A DNA stretch of 63,939 bases, filler included, from Sanchytrium tribonematis (taxonomy: Eukaryota): the NCBI GenBank assembly GCA_018985235.1. It is 21 parts of 21 records of this genome, joined end to end, with 100 filler letters (N's around TTAATTAATTAA, not from the genome) between each part and the next. Parts side by side here need not be neighbours in the genome. Positions count along the whole stretch, not along the records: positions 33,058 to 50,091 come from JADGIG010000126.1; 20 more parts are not named here. One strand, 5' to 3'. Below, piece by piece: positions 33,538 to 43,254 of the stretch (positions within the stretch are counted from its first letter, which is position 1; each line of letters begins with the position of its first letter). The notes below the pieces were generated by a model. The model made no database searches. It was not told the origin of the DNA and saw only the letters and a list, made by a program, of their open reading frames with translations. A program made the position numbers and the translations under genes.

Positions 33538-34380
33538 TTACCAAACACCACCATACTTCCAATTTCTTCTGTTCCAATTTCTTGGGTTTTGCCTCTCGTC
33601 TGCCAATTCTTTTTGTTGTTCCTCCATTTGCTCATTTTCATATCTTTCTTGCTCCAATAAATACATCTCAAAATCCTCATCAGGGTTTTTATCCCAATTG
33701 ATTCGATCCTTTAATGCTTGTGGGTAATTTGCAGTCACTTTCTCATTTCTAAATAATTTCACAAATCGATCATAATAGGGTGAAGATAATTCACCCAGTT
33801 GATTAGAATACACTACACCTATTTGGGGATTACCATATTTCTCAGATATCTCCAAAAATGCTTTTTTCTGTGCATTTCTATTCAATGGTCGATTCACAAA
33901 GAAATATACTGCAAAATCCAACATTAAGTCATGGATTTGGTCAGGATTGCTCTCGGATACTTTGTCATACAATTCATTCATCACATGATAAAAGCGAGGC
34001 TGGCTCAATTCTTCACCAAAATGAAAAATTGAAACAATCACAAGTTTGCAAACTTCATTCCATTTGTCTTTCCTTTCTTTAGCCCATTTTCCTGCATAAT
34101 AAAGAGCAAAAACAGGCCATGCGAGATCGAAATTGATAATCTCTTTTAAATCAAGAGAATTTTCAAAGAACCCAAAATACTTGACTTCAGATTCTTCTTC
34201 ACTCAATGGCTTTAAGTCATTTCTTTCAACCATTTTCAAATATGTTTTCTGTCTTTCTAAACTATCGCGTTGTCTTGCGGCCGCTTGTTGTCTATAGATG
34301 ACCTCTATTGCTTCAGCTTCAGCGACTGCCCTGGTGAGACCAGTATATATTCCAAATACACACAACAATGCAAACAACAT
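33538..34380 (-). CDS. Secreted helical family protein, divergent member E
   Basis: Signal MLFALLCVFG from ATG 34380. Shares the W..AL.Y, SQ..Y.VM..LY and DFA..F..RP motifs with genes B, C and D. Confidence 0.8.
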   Translation of the reverse strand: MLFALLCVFGIYTGLTRAVAEAEAIEVIYRQQAAARQRDSLERQKTYLKMVERNDLKPLSEEESEVKYFGFFENSLDLKEIINFDLAWPVFALYYAGKWAKERKDKWNEVCKLVIVSIFHFGEELSQPRFYHVMNELYDKVSESNPDQIHDLMLDFAVYFFVNRPLNRNAQKKAFLEISEKYGNPQIGVVYSNQLGELSSPYYDRFVKLFRNEKVTANYPQALKDRINWDKNPDEDFEMYLLEQERYENEQMEEQQKELADERQNPRNWNRRNWKYGGVW

Positions 34381-34623
34381 GGGGAGTGGGTTCCTGTTCG
34401 CTTTTTTATCAATTTGAAGTATCACGTGGTAGCACTATTTCAATCACGTGGGGGTATTTTACTACCCCTGGGTTAAACTGTCAAAATAGTCAAATGGACG
34501 CCCCAAAAGTGTCCCGAACGCATCAAAATCAACTATTTCACTAAATACTCTTCTTCAACCACTGGACCATCTCCAATTCACCCATTCTTGAATATAAGTA
34601 CATTTTTATTTATTAATTTGATT

Positions 34624-35580
34624 TTAGTTGAAATTCTTATTCAAGATAATCCATTCATGCGTAAGTGCTTCCCTTGCAGTCAATCTTAGATTTGGATCAG
34701 TGTGAGTTAATTTCTTTATAAAATCAATCATTTGTGGCTCAAATTCACTCAAATACGCTTCAAATAATGTTGTATCACTCGGAAATACTTTTAAACCCTT
34801 TCTATAACCATCCTTGTCATCATAAAACTTGACATTAGTAAATATCTCCAATACTGCCACCCCCAACATTGCACCTAATTGAAACATGTCTGCTTTTTTA
34901 GGATCATAAAAATCATTAGTCCACTGTCCATATTCATTTATCATTTGTGGTGGCATATAAACATATGTACCCATTGGAACATTTATAAAATCTGCTTCAC
35001 TATTTGATTCTCGCATGTGCTCTAAATCAGCTAATACATAATGACCCTCTTTTTCCAATATGTTTTCTGGTTTAATATCCAAATGTGCATATCCCTTAGA
35101 ATGAATAAAATCTAATCCGCTTAAAATTTGACGCATTACATTTTTCATTTTATCGATAAATTCTGACTTGTGACTATTGGCTTCAGATTTCATTTTTCTA
35201 AGATCGATTAAATAATTGGACAAATCAGTGTCATAAAAGGGCATTATGATTTGAAAACAATCTAAAGTATAAGACTTTCCATCAACTTGACGTTTGAATT
35301 GTTTTGAACCACCATCTTCACCTTTAATGACATTTGGATGATCGAATTGAGTCATCATTTTTATTTCTGATGCGATCCCACTTTTTAATTGACTACTAAA
35401 TTTAGTGGCGCAGAGAATTTTAACTGCCTCTACGACATTATTTGAATTCGTGTGTGAACATACTTGGGAAGTTCGGAGTTCAAATCGTCCAAATTTTCTG
35501 ACTTGTGATGCATCTTTGATCATTTTTAATTCTGACACTGAATATGTAAATTCGGCAAAAGAGAGTAAAGCAAAAATCAT
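34624..35580 (-). CDS. Atypical Ser/Thr protein kinase with signal-like N-terminus
   Basis: AVK, HPNVI, HLDIKPEN and D.F.LG are present. DFG is replaced by DLE, APE by PPQ, and there is no GxGxxG. N-terminus MIFALLSFA. Confidence 0.85.
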   Translation of the reverse strand: MIFALLSFAEFTYSVSELKMIKDASQVRKFGRFELRTSQVCSHTNSNNVVEAVKILCATKFSSQLKSGIASEIKMMTQFDHPNVIKGEDGGSKQFKRQVDGKSYTLDCFQIIMPFYDTDLSNYLIDLRKMKSEANSHKSEFIDKMKNVMRQILSGLDFIHSKGYAHLDIKPENILEKEGHYVLADLEHMRESNSEADFINVPMGTYVYMPPQMINEYGQWTNDFYDPKKADMFQLGAMLGVAVLEIFTNVKFYDDKDGYRKGLKVFPSDTTLFEAYLSEFEPQMIDFIKKLTHTDPNLRLTAREALTHEWIILNKNFN

Positions 35581-35744
35581 TTTTCAAGGAGTTTCAATTG
35601 ATTGATTTTGAGTGGCTCAAAAGTGACACAAGAAAAACATGTGATTGTGAAACAAATAGATTTTCAATCAACTTGCAATCATTTACATGTCATTTGATTG
35701 GCTTATATAATATTAAATTGTCAATTGTCTTTTCTTCAATTTTG

Positions 35745-36290
35745 ATGCCCCAAAATCAATCACATCATCATGTTTTTCAAGGTGCTCCACAAAATACATC
35801 ATATACCCTATCCCATACATTTTGTTCTCCAGAATATACCTTTCAATGCATCGAATTCCCCAAATTATCATTTATTTGGAACTCAAAAAAGCAGAAATTA
35901 TATTTAGAAAATGGTAAAGCCATATTATACAGTTATAGGCCAGTTTTATTATATCCATTTGGCATGTTAAAAATCAAGAATGCAGTGACTAGTGAGACTA
36001 TTTGTGAATTATCTTGTAGAGAAGGGATTTTATCAAGGAAATATTTGGCAGAATTTAAACAAGGTTCATATACAATTAAAAATTCAAGAACAGGAATGCA
36101 TATTTATGATGGGAATCCGAAAAAGGGTGGTATTGAAATTGCAACATTGGATGCTTATTGGCGAGGATCACCTAAAAAAATCACTTTTTTGAAACAAAAT
36201 GTGGATCCTGCCATGATAATTACAATTGCAGTATGTGTAGGTCGAATAGAAAGAAAGAAAAACAGTTCTTCTGGAGGGCAAACAAATTAA
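35745..36290 (+). CDS. LURP-one/Tubby-C-like family, copy 1
   Basis: Paralogue of copies 2-6 (VFQG.P, FCS, LSF.W, NVDPAM.ITIA). Fold inferred from the terminal VDPA-hydrophobic helix. Confidence 0.7.
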   Translation: MPQNQSHHHVFQGAPQNTSYTLSHTFCSPEYTFQCIEFPKLSFIWNSKKQKLYLENGKAILYSYRPVLLYPFGMLKIKNAVTSETICELSCREGILSRKYLAEFKQGSYTIKNSRTGMHIYDGNPKKGGIEIATLDAYWRGSPKKITFLKQNVDPAMIITIAVCVGRIERKKNSSSGGQTN

Positions 36291-36293
36291 TAA

Positions 36294-36316
36294 TTTACCA
36301 GTTCTGTAATTGGTCA
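36294..36316 (+). promoter_or_regulatory. Conserved upstream motif TTTACCAGTT(C/T)TGT(A/G)ATTGG; also at 36911, 37507, 38150 and 38720
   Basis: Occurs 58-68 nt upstream of the ATG of copies 2-6. The best copies contain an inverted CCAAT. Confidence 0.65.
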
Positions 36317-36353
36317 AAAAATTAATTAAATTCGTTACATCTCTTTTCCTTTC

Positions 36354-36869
36354 ATGTCCAACAATTCAGTCACTCCAAATTTGCACTATGTCTTTCAAGG
36401 ATCTAAAGAAGATACTACTTATACACTCAACTATACGTTCTGCTCAACAGAAGTAGCACTCAATTGCAATGAACATCCCAATTTATCATTTAAATGGCAT
36501 GGCTACAAATCCAATCTTATATTAGACGATGGCAGAATACTGTTACACGCAAAGGCGGGTTTTTTAAAATATAAAGTCGTAAATGTGCTGACAAATGAAG
36601 AATATTGTGAAATTGCACCAAGAAGAGCAGGATTGAAACAAAAATATGAGGCTAAATTCTCTGATCATATGTATTCAATTGAAATTCGAGATAGATATTT
36701 AAGAATATATTATGGGAATCGAAAAGAAGATGGATTAGAGGTATTACATTTAAAATTGGGATTTCGAGGTCCTAAATTATTATATATTAAAAAGAATGTA
36801 GATCCCGCTATGATGATTACAATTGCACTGACTGTACACAAGATATTTCAGGCACAACATTCAAATTGA
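36354..36869 (+). CDS. LURP-one/Tubby-C-like family, copy 2
   Basis: YVFQG, LSFKW, EEYCEI and KKNVDPAMMITIA. Confidence 0.75.
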   Translation: MSNNSVTPNLHYVFQGSKEDTTYTLNYTFCSTEVALNCNEHPNLSFKWHGYKSNLILDDGRILLHAKAGFLKYKVVNVLTNEEYCEIAPRRAGLKQKYEAKFSDHMYSIEIRDRYLRIYYGNRKEDGLEVLHLKLGFRGPKLLYIKKNVDPAMMITIALTVHKIFQAQHSN

Positions 36870-36969
36870 TTTTACTAATAAATTTGCCATTTGGGCAATC
36901 AAATTAAAAATTTACCAGTTTTGTAATTGGTCAGAATATTAATTAAATCACAAGATTTTCTTTCCTTTC

Positions 36970-37473
36970 ATGTCTGACAATTCTATCACTCCAAACATAC
37001 AATATGTCTTTCAAGGATCCCCAAAAGATACCACTTATACAATCAATTCCTCATTCTGGTCCACTAAATATGTACTAAAGTGCAATGAATATCAAAATTT
37101 ATCATTTCTATGGCATGGACGCAAAACGCAACTCATTTTAGACGATGGCAGAATATTATTACACTCCATAAAGACGGGGTTTAGACAATATAAAGTGATA
37201 AATATGTTGACCAATGAAGAATATTGTGAAATCGCAATCAAAAAGAAAGTATACAGGGGAGAATATGAGGCTAAATTTACTGATCATATGTACTCTATTC
37301 AAATTATTAAAAATTACTTGACAATTTACAAAGAAGGAATTGAAGTGGCAAATTGGGATATGGGGTTTCGAGTTCCTTGGGTTCTGAAAATCAAGAAGAA
37401 TGTGGATCCAGCCATGGTTATTACAATTACAATGACTGTGATAATCATATATCGTCAACAAACATCTCTTTAA
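36970..37473 (+). CDS. LURP-one/Tubby-C-like family, copy 3
   Basis: Closest to copy 2; KKNVDPAMVITIT. Confidence 0.75.
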   Translation: MSDNSITPNIQYVFQGSPKDTTYTINSSFWSTKYVLKCNEYQNLSFLWHGRKTQLILDDGRILLHSIKTGFRQYKVINMLTNEEYCEIAIKKKVYRGEYEAKFTDHMYSIQIIKNYLTIYKEGIEVANWDMGFRVPWVLKIKKNVDPAMVITITMTVIIIYRQQTSL

Positions 37474-37574
37474 TATTTGCAACATCTGTGCAAGTATTTG
37501 AAAGGATTTACCAGTTTGTTGATTGGACAAATAAATCAAAAATCAATTAAATGAATCATCTCACTTTGAAATGG

Positions 37575-38104
37575 ATGTCTTCTGATACAAATATCCACTA
37601 TGTCTTTCAAGGTGCCCCTCAAGATACCACATTCATCTTCAAATATTCATTTTGTTCCCCAGAACTCAAAATACTTTGCAATGAATTTCCCAATTTGTCA
37701 TTTAAATGGAACACACTCCGCACTGCCCTCATTTTAAATGATGACAGAACCTTGTTATTTGCTCGTCGTTTGTCCATGTTCTCATATAAAATGAAAATTC
37801 GAAATATGTTGACGAGTGAAGATTTTTGCGAAATTGCCCTTGTAACGCAGGATTTACACACAAATATTTGGCCACTTTTAGTAATCATTTTTACACCATA
37901 CAGATGCGGGATAGACGAATCATCGTATATTATGGGAATCCAAAGCAGGGTGGATATCAAGTGGCTCTTTTAGATCTTAGTTTATTTGGAAGGGCAAAAC
38001 TACTTAAAATTAAAAAGAATGTAGATCCTGCCATGATGATTACAATTGCAATGACTGTACTCAATATTTATGGACGCCAAGTAGCCTCGACTTCTAATTT
38101 TTAA
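37575..38104 (+). pseudogene. LURP-one/Tubby-C-like family, copy 4 (1-nt frameshift at ~37838)
   Basis: The N-half is in ORF 37551 and the C-half in ORF 37826. Adding one C to GCCCT restores EIAPCNAG, matching paralogue EIAPRRAG. Confidence 0.7.
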
Positions 38105-38208
38105 ATAGAATCATCTGATATAATTAATTTATGCAATCAAATGAAAGCGTTTACCCGTTCTGTGATTTGTTAATAAATTGAACAAATTTACAACTTTCCC
38201 CATCCAAC

Positions 38209-38700
38209 ATGACCATTCTCAAATCTGATGTCACATTTACAATGACTCATACAATCTGTAGTCCAGAAACCCTATTTTTTTGCAATGAAACCCCTCATCT
38301 ATCATTTTCATGGAATTTACGCAAAACAGCCCTCTTTTCAGAAACTGGTGAAATGCTCTACAAAGCTACATGTCCCTCTATGCGCTCTTATAAAATGGTA
38401 GTCAGTAATATGATTACGAACCAGTCTATCTGTAATGTCAATGTGCAAGTCAACGGATTTAGCATCGGATCACGTAAATATGTGGCCACATTTGATCATC
38501 ATGTTTATGCCATCCAATTTGTCAAAAGACATTTAAAAATATACAGTGGTGAATCTTTAGATAAATCAGAAATAGCCGATTTAAAATTAAATTGGATGGG
38601 TATTGCAAAATCATTTAAAATTAAGAAAAATGAGGATCCTGCTTTGATGATTACATTAATATCCTGTGCTTTACGAATATTTGCAAGACAATCTAGTTAA
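38209..38700 (+). CDS. LURP-one/Tubby-C-like family, copy 5
   Basis: ICSPE, LSFSW and KIKKNEDPALMITL. Confidence 0.75.
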   Translation: MTILKSDVTFTMTHTICSPETLFFCNETPHLSFSWNLRKTALFSETGEMLYKATCPSMRSYKMVVSNMITNQSICNVNVQVNGFSIGSRKYVATFDHHVYAIQFVKRHLKIYSGESLDKSEIADLKLNWMGIAKSFKIKKNEDPALMITLISCALRIFARQSS

Positions 38701-38777
38701 TCAATCTATTTGCAATCCTTTTACCAGTTCTGTGATTCGTTGACTCGTAATAAAATCTTGCCATTTCTCCCCTTGTC

Positions 38778-39296
38778 ATGTCCACTCCAAATTGCAATAT
38801 CTCCTATATCTTCCCAGGTGCGCCCATATTCACAACATATCAAGTCACCATCAACTACGCATTCTGTTCAGGATCCACGACATTCAAATGCAATGATACA
38901 GATTCCAAATTCGAATGGAATGATTATAAACACAAATTAATTGTAAGTGACTCTACCGTATTAAAATCCAAATTCAATAATATCCTTTCACGCACCATAA
39001 CACTCAAAAATGCATCCAAGCAATTCATTTGTGAGATATTTCCACGATATGCTGGATTAAAACACAAATATATTGCCCAATTTCAACATCACTTTTATTC
39101 TATTGATTATTCTACCCGACACATGATCATTTATTATGGGAATCCCAAACAAGGTGGATTTGAAGTGGCTACTTTTGATGTAAAATTGCGAGGTGGTGAT
39201 AAAACATTTAGAGTGATTCAAAATGTGGATCCTGGGATGATGATTGCTATTGCCATGAGTGTATTGAGGATTAGAAGTAGACAGCAGGCTAATTAA
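38778..39296 (+). CDS. LURP-one/Tubby-C-like family, copy 6
   Basis: IFPGAP, FCS, YYGNPKQGG and NVDPGMMIAIA. Confidence 0.75.
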   Translation: MSTPNCNISYIFPGAPIFTTYQVTINYAFCSGSTTFKCNDTDSKFEWNDYKHKLIVSDSTVLKSKFNNILSRTITLKNASKQFICEIFPRYAGLKHKYIAQFQHHFYSIDYSTRHMIIYYGNPKQGGFEVATFDVKLRGGDKTFRVIQNVDPGMMIAIAMSVLRIRSRQQAN

Positions 39297-39329
39297 GAAA
39301 CATAAAATAAAAATTAAACGTTTATTATA

Positions 39330-39629
39330 TTATTTGGACTCGCGATTACGACCATAGCAATCTGGGTCTACGTAGCATTCTCCCCATTGTTGCGAAATTT
39401 CCTTACCCTTATATGGGATTTTTTTACAATTTCTACAGTCTGGTGTTTTGATTCCTTCGAGGAAAGTAGGCTTATCTAGCGCACTTCCAGGGAGAGTAGA
39501 ATCAGCTTCAGAATCTTTAACATTCAATGGTTCTGCATCTGAATCAATTCCACGATCTGTTGGATCAGTGCGAAGGTCCTCTGTTTGAATGGTAGGCAAT
39601 CCAAATACTCCAAAGAATGCGATCAACAT
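39330..39629 (-). CDS. Small secreted Cys-containing protein (cassette gene A)
   Basis: Signal MLIAFFGVFG, an acidic region and four Cys (CRNC...C....C). The mature part is unlike the neighbouring family. Confidence 0.7.
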   Translation of the reverse strand: MLIAFFGVFGLPTIQTEDLRTDPTDRGIDSDAEPLNVKDSEADSTLPGSALDKPTFLEGIKTPDCRNCKKIPYKGKEISQQWGECYVDPDCYGRNRESK

Positions 39630-39862
39630 GGGGAAGTAATATCATCTCTCTTAAGTAGCAATTTGGGGAATCATGTGGTCGTACATTGCACTCCTGAATA
39701 GCAATTGAGGTATTTGATTGGCTATCTTATATTGAAACAATGTGATCTGTGCGTATCGATTTTTCGATTTGTGGGGTATCGCACATGTTGGGTACAATGG
39801 AAATCATATTGTGATTCAAAAATCTAATAGTCATTTATGTTCAGAAAACACCATTGTCTACA
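39598..39862 (-). repeat. Promoter/5'UTR/signal-peptide cassette, copy A
   Basis: High nucleotide identity to 41634-41899, 43223-43418 and 44129-44330. Confidence 0.93.
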
Positions 39863-40097
39863 GATCACTGAGAGTCCCACATCTCATTATTTCTTCATGA
39901 ATCCCATTCCAACATCCAATTTATCTGATTTTATCACATTCACAGTTTACCGTAAAAGATTGCGAGTGCATTTATTTGCAATGAAGATCCAAATCGTCAT
40001 TTATTTACAAATTGTCCAGAAGGTCAGTATCCCAATGAATGCGCAGGCTCTGGCTAAAATTCACTATGTCACTTTAAAAATTAAAATCAATATTGAT

Positions 40098-40665
40098 TTA
40101 TTCGCGGATTGCCTTTTGAGTTAAATATGGAGATGAAGACTATTCTGTAGAATGAAATGCTTTTATTTCTGCAGTATTGAAATAGTAGCAAATTTGTCCT
40201 ATAACGGATTTGAGGCCGGATCGAGGATCCTGTCAGAAACATTATATTCACTCATTCTGGAAAGTTCATTAACGGTATTAATTGTTCTTCATAAGATTGA
40301 GGTCTATCAACGAAAAAGATACTTGCAAAATCCTTTAATAACGATCTGATTTGAATTGGAAAATTACCAAACGCATACATGATACTAGCACAGATTCTGG
40401 GATCCTTTGCATACATTGAACAGTAATATAATGCATTCACAGCCCATCGCAAATTTTAAGTCAAAAGTAGAGTTTTTAAGTGATTTCTCGTAGTACTTTT
40501 TCATCGATTGCAATTCAACTTTTGTTTCATCACCAGTGGCAATGTGGAAAAGGATCTTGCTACTCTGCATCTTCCCATTGAGAATTTGATCGGGCAAACC
40601 GTTCTTCACTAGGATGCACTATATCATTAGCAGTACCTTCAAAATTTTCTTCCGCTGTATTTTTG
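40098..40665 (-). pseudogene. Decayed copy of gene D (43459-44160) lacking the 5' cassette
   Basis: Colinear DNA similarity (WAVNALYYCS.YA.DPRICASI, SLLKDFA..F.V.RPQSYEEQ) with internal deletions and frameshifts. Confidence 0.88.
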
Positions 40666-40771
40666 AGCGTATTAATGATTAAAACTGGACAACAACCTAA
40701 TATATATCTAATGACTCAACAAAGTAGGATTCATTAAAATAAATTTATTCAGCTTCTTTCTCCAGTTGCTC

Positions 40772-41665
40772 TCATTTGACAACTTGAAATTCAAAATTTT
40801 GTAATTCTTCAGGCATCCATGTTTTCACTGATTCACTCTTATAAAAATCAATAAATTTGTCCTCTATTGGATAAGCCCTATAATGTTGACTCAATTGATC
40901 AATCATAAATCTCAAATCCACATTGTAGTGCTTTGCAATGCACTCAATCACATGAATTTGATACAATTCAGATCGGGGTCTAACTGCATAAAACCATTTA
41001 GCCATATTCTTTAAAAATGCAGATAGTTGTCCATTAATCAAGGTTTTGTAGACAGTGTACATGACCTCGTGATAAATCTTGTCTTGCGGTGAATCAGTTC
41101 CAAGAGTTTTAAAAGATTGAAACAGAGTTTTGCAAATACTATCCAAATTTCCCGTTTCCAGCCATTCTTTAGCGATAAATGGATTATTCTCAATTTTAAA
41201 ATCAATCCATTCTGCTAAATAAAACAATGAATTAATTGTCCATGCAGGGTCTATTCTCAGTATATTGTTTTGAAACATTTCAAGATCAGAGTCAAATAAT
41301 TCAAAATATTTCATATGAATAACTTCATTTGAGTAGCGCTTCACACTGTATCTCATGCTTAATAATTTATGAGCATTTTCAAGATTGGTCAATGAACCTA
41401 CTTTCAATAATGGTTTTTCTGCTACAAATGTTTGTGAATTCACCCAATCATCTTGAACATCCTGATCATATTGAGTGCTGGCGTAAAATTCAATGACTTT
41501 GAACTTTGAGACAGGTTCATATTTAGTTTTATAGTGAGAATTAGCTGGGTTTACTTCGCCAAACCACGGCGGAACCTTGAGAGATGAATCCATTGTAGGC
41601 CAACCGTTATCACCTTCCTCAGCTCTTTTAAGTAATCCAAATACTCCAAAGAATGCGATCAACAT
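40772..41665 (-). CDS. Secreted helical family protein B
   Basis: MLIAFFGVFG-LLKR-AEE. Family motifs PAWTINSLFY, PQDKIYHEVM and AKWFYAVRP. Confidence 0.85.
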   Translation of the reverse strand: MLIAFFGVFGLLKRAEEGDNGWPTMDSSLKVPPWFGEVNPANSHYKTKYEPVSKFKVIEFYASTQYDQDVQDDWVNSQTFVAEKPLLKVGSLTNLENAHKLLSMRYSVKRYSNEVIHMKYFELFDSDLEMFQNNILRIDPAWTINSLFYLAEWIDFKIENNPFIAKEWLETGNLDSICKTLFQSFKTLGTDSPQDKIYHEVMYTVYKTLINGQLSAFLKNMAKWFYAVRPRSELYQIHVIECIAKHYNVDLRFMIDQLSQHYRAYPIEDKFIDFYKSESVKTWMPEELQNFEFQVVK

Positions 41666-41899
41666 GGGGGAGTAACGTCATCTCGCTTAAATACAATTTG
41701 GGGGATCATGTGGTCGTACAATTACTCTCCTATTTAGCAATTAAGCAAGATGATTGGCTATCTTATATTGAAACATTGTGATCTGTGCGTATCTATTTTT
41801 CGATTTGTGGGGTATCGCACATGTTGATCACAATGGAAATCATATTGTGATTCAAAAATCAAATAGTCATTCATGTTCAGAAAACACAATCTATCTACA
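41634..41899 (-). repeat. Promoter/5'UTR/signal-peptide cassette, copy B
   Basis: See copy A. Contains the most perfect hairpin (41774-41835). Confidence 0.93.
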
Positions 41900-42219
41900 A
41901 CTTGTCCAAAAAAAGTACCCCAAAATGGTAATAGATTATAAGCACCATTCTACTTTCGTATTAATAAAGTATCCATTTAAGACTCAAAATTCAAAAGATG
42001 CGTAATCATCAATGTGGGTCTCAAATTGGCAGATTTGAAATCTAATTTCTAAAGAGTGGCTTTAAGAATTGAAAATGAAATCGAATTCGGATGTTGCAAT
42101 TGTGAATTGTTGACAAGGAATACGCAGGCATTGATTAATATTTGCTATTTTACTTTGATTTGAATAAATATCCACCATGTTGAAACAATTGACATTTCAT
42201 GTAATCACCCGTTTAATAC

Positions 42220-43254
42220 TTAATCATTTATTTCATAAACTGGATCCACAGGTCCGGTGTAAGCAGGAGGATCAATATTCGTTGTCAATGCGTGTCCTCC
42301 TAGTGTGGCGAAATACTTTTGAAATTTGTCTTCGAATTGAGAATTTAGCTCTTTAACAATAAAATTTTCAATTTGATTTTTTGGAACAATTAATTTTCCA
42401 ATTTGATATTCTGGGGCATTCAAATAATCAAATTTTAATTCAAATTTCTCTTCTAGAAATCCCTGTAATTCGTCTCTATTTTTCTCATATGCTAATGAAA
42501 ATGCCTTGCTATTCATCTTTTGTAAATAGGCCTCACGCAATTTCATAATTGCTTTAATTCCAATAGATTTAGCTGTATTTAAATTATTAACATATTTCAA
42601 AGTTAGTTGTGTGATGACTTTTTCTTGCTCTGCCAAATTTTTAGGTCTATTCTTGACGAAATTATCATTAAAGCTCATTAACAAGTCTGAAAGGACTTCA
42701 GGTCTATTCTCGATTACATAATTATATAAATCAACCATCACATCCAAATAAACACCATATTGAGAGAAACCATCCCCTAATGAATTCAAAGCATCAAAAT
42801 AAGCATACATGATTTTGCCTAGAGTGCCATATTCTGCCCATACTGTAAGATCCACTTTCTCCCCGTCATCTGTTACTCTTTTAATTAAGAACATTCTCAA
42901 ATAATATGGCAAATTTAATACCCATCCAGGATTCTTTTTTGAGATCTCAGCCATTGGAAACTTGGCTTCTTGAAATGCATTATTATACATCTGAGTTCTA
43001 GAATTGTGATTTACCTTGTAATTATGATTCTTTGCCCTTTTCAATAAACTTTTAAGTTTTTCTTCGGCTACTTTCGAATCCACAATGTTTGCACTTGGAT
43101 CAAAGACTCTGTTTTTGGTGCCAAACCAATTTGATTTATACTGATTTGAAGGAAGTACATTGCTAATGAAATGACTCGGTGGTTCAATTGTGCCATCAAC
43201 TTTTGCCTTAGTACTTTTAGGCAATCCAAATACTGCTAGTAATGCGATCAACAT
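42220..43254 (-). CDS. Secreted helical family protein C
   Basis: ATG 43254, MLIALLAVFG. Family motifs PGWVLNLPYY, SQYGVYLDVM and NFVKNRP. Confidence 0.85.
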   Translation of the reverse strand: MLIALLAVFGLPKSTKAKVDGTIEPPSHFISNVLPSNQYKSNWFGTKNRVFDPSANIVDSKVAEEKLKSLLKRAKNHNYKVNHNSRTQMYNNAFQEAKFPMAEISKKNPGWVLNLPYYLRMFLIKRVTDDGEKVDLTVWAEYGTLGKIMYAYFDALNSLGDGFSQYGVYLDVMVDLYNYVIENRPEVLSDLLMSFNDNFVKNRPKNLAEQEKVITQLTLKYVNNLNTAKSIGIKAIMKLREAYLQKMNSKAFSLAYEKNRDELQGFLEEKFELKFDYLNAPEYQIGKLIVPKNQIENFIVKELNSQFEDKFQKYFATLGGHALTTNIDPPAYTGPVDPVYEIND

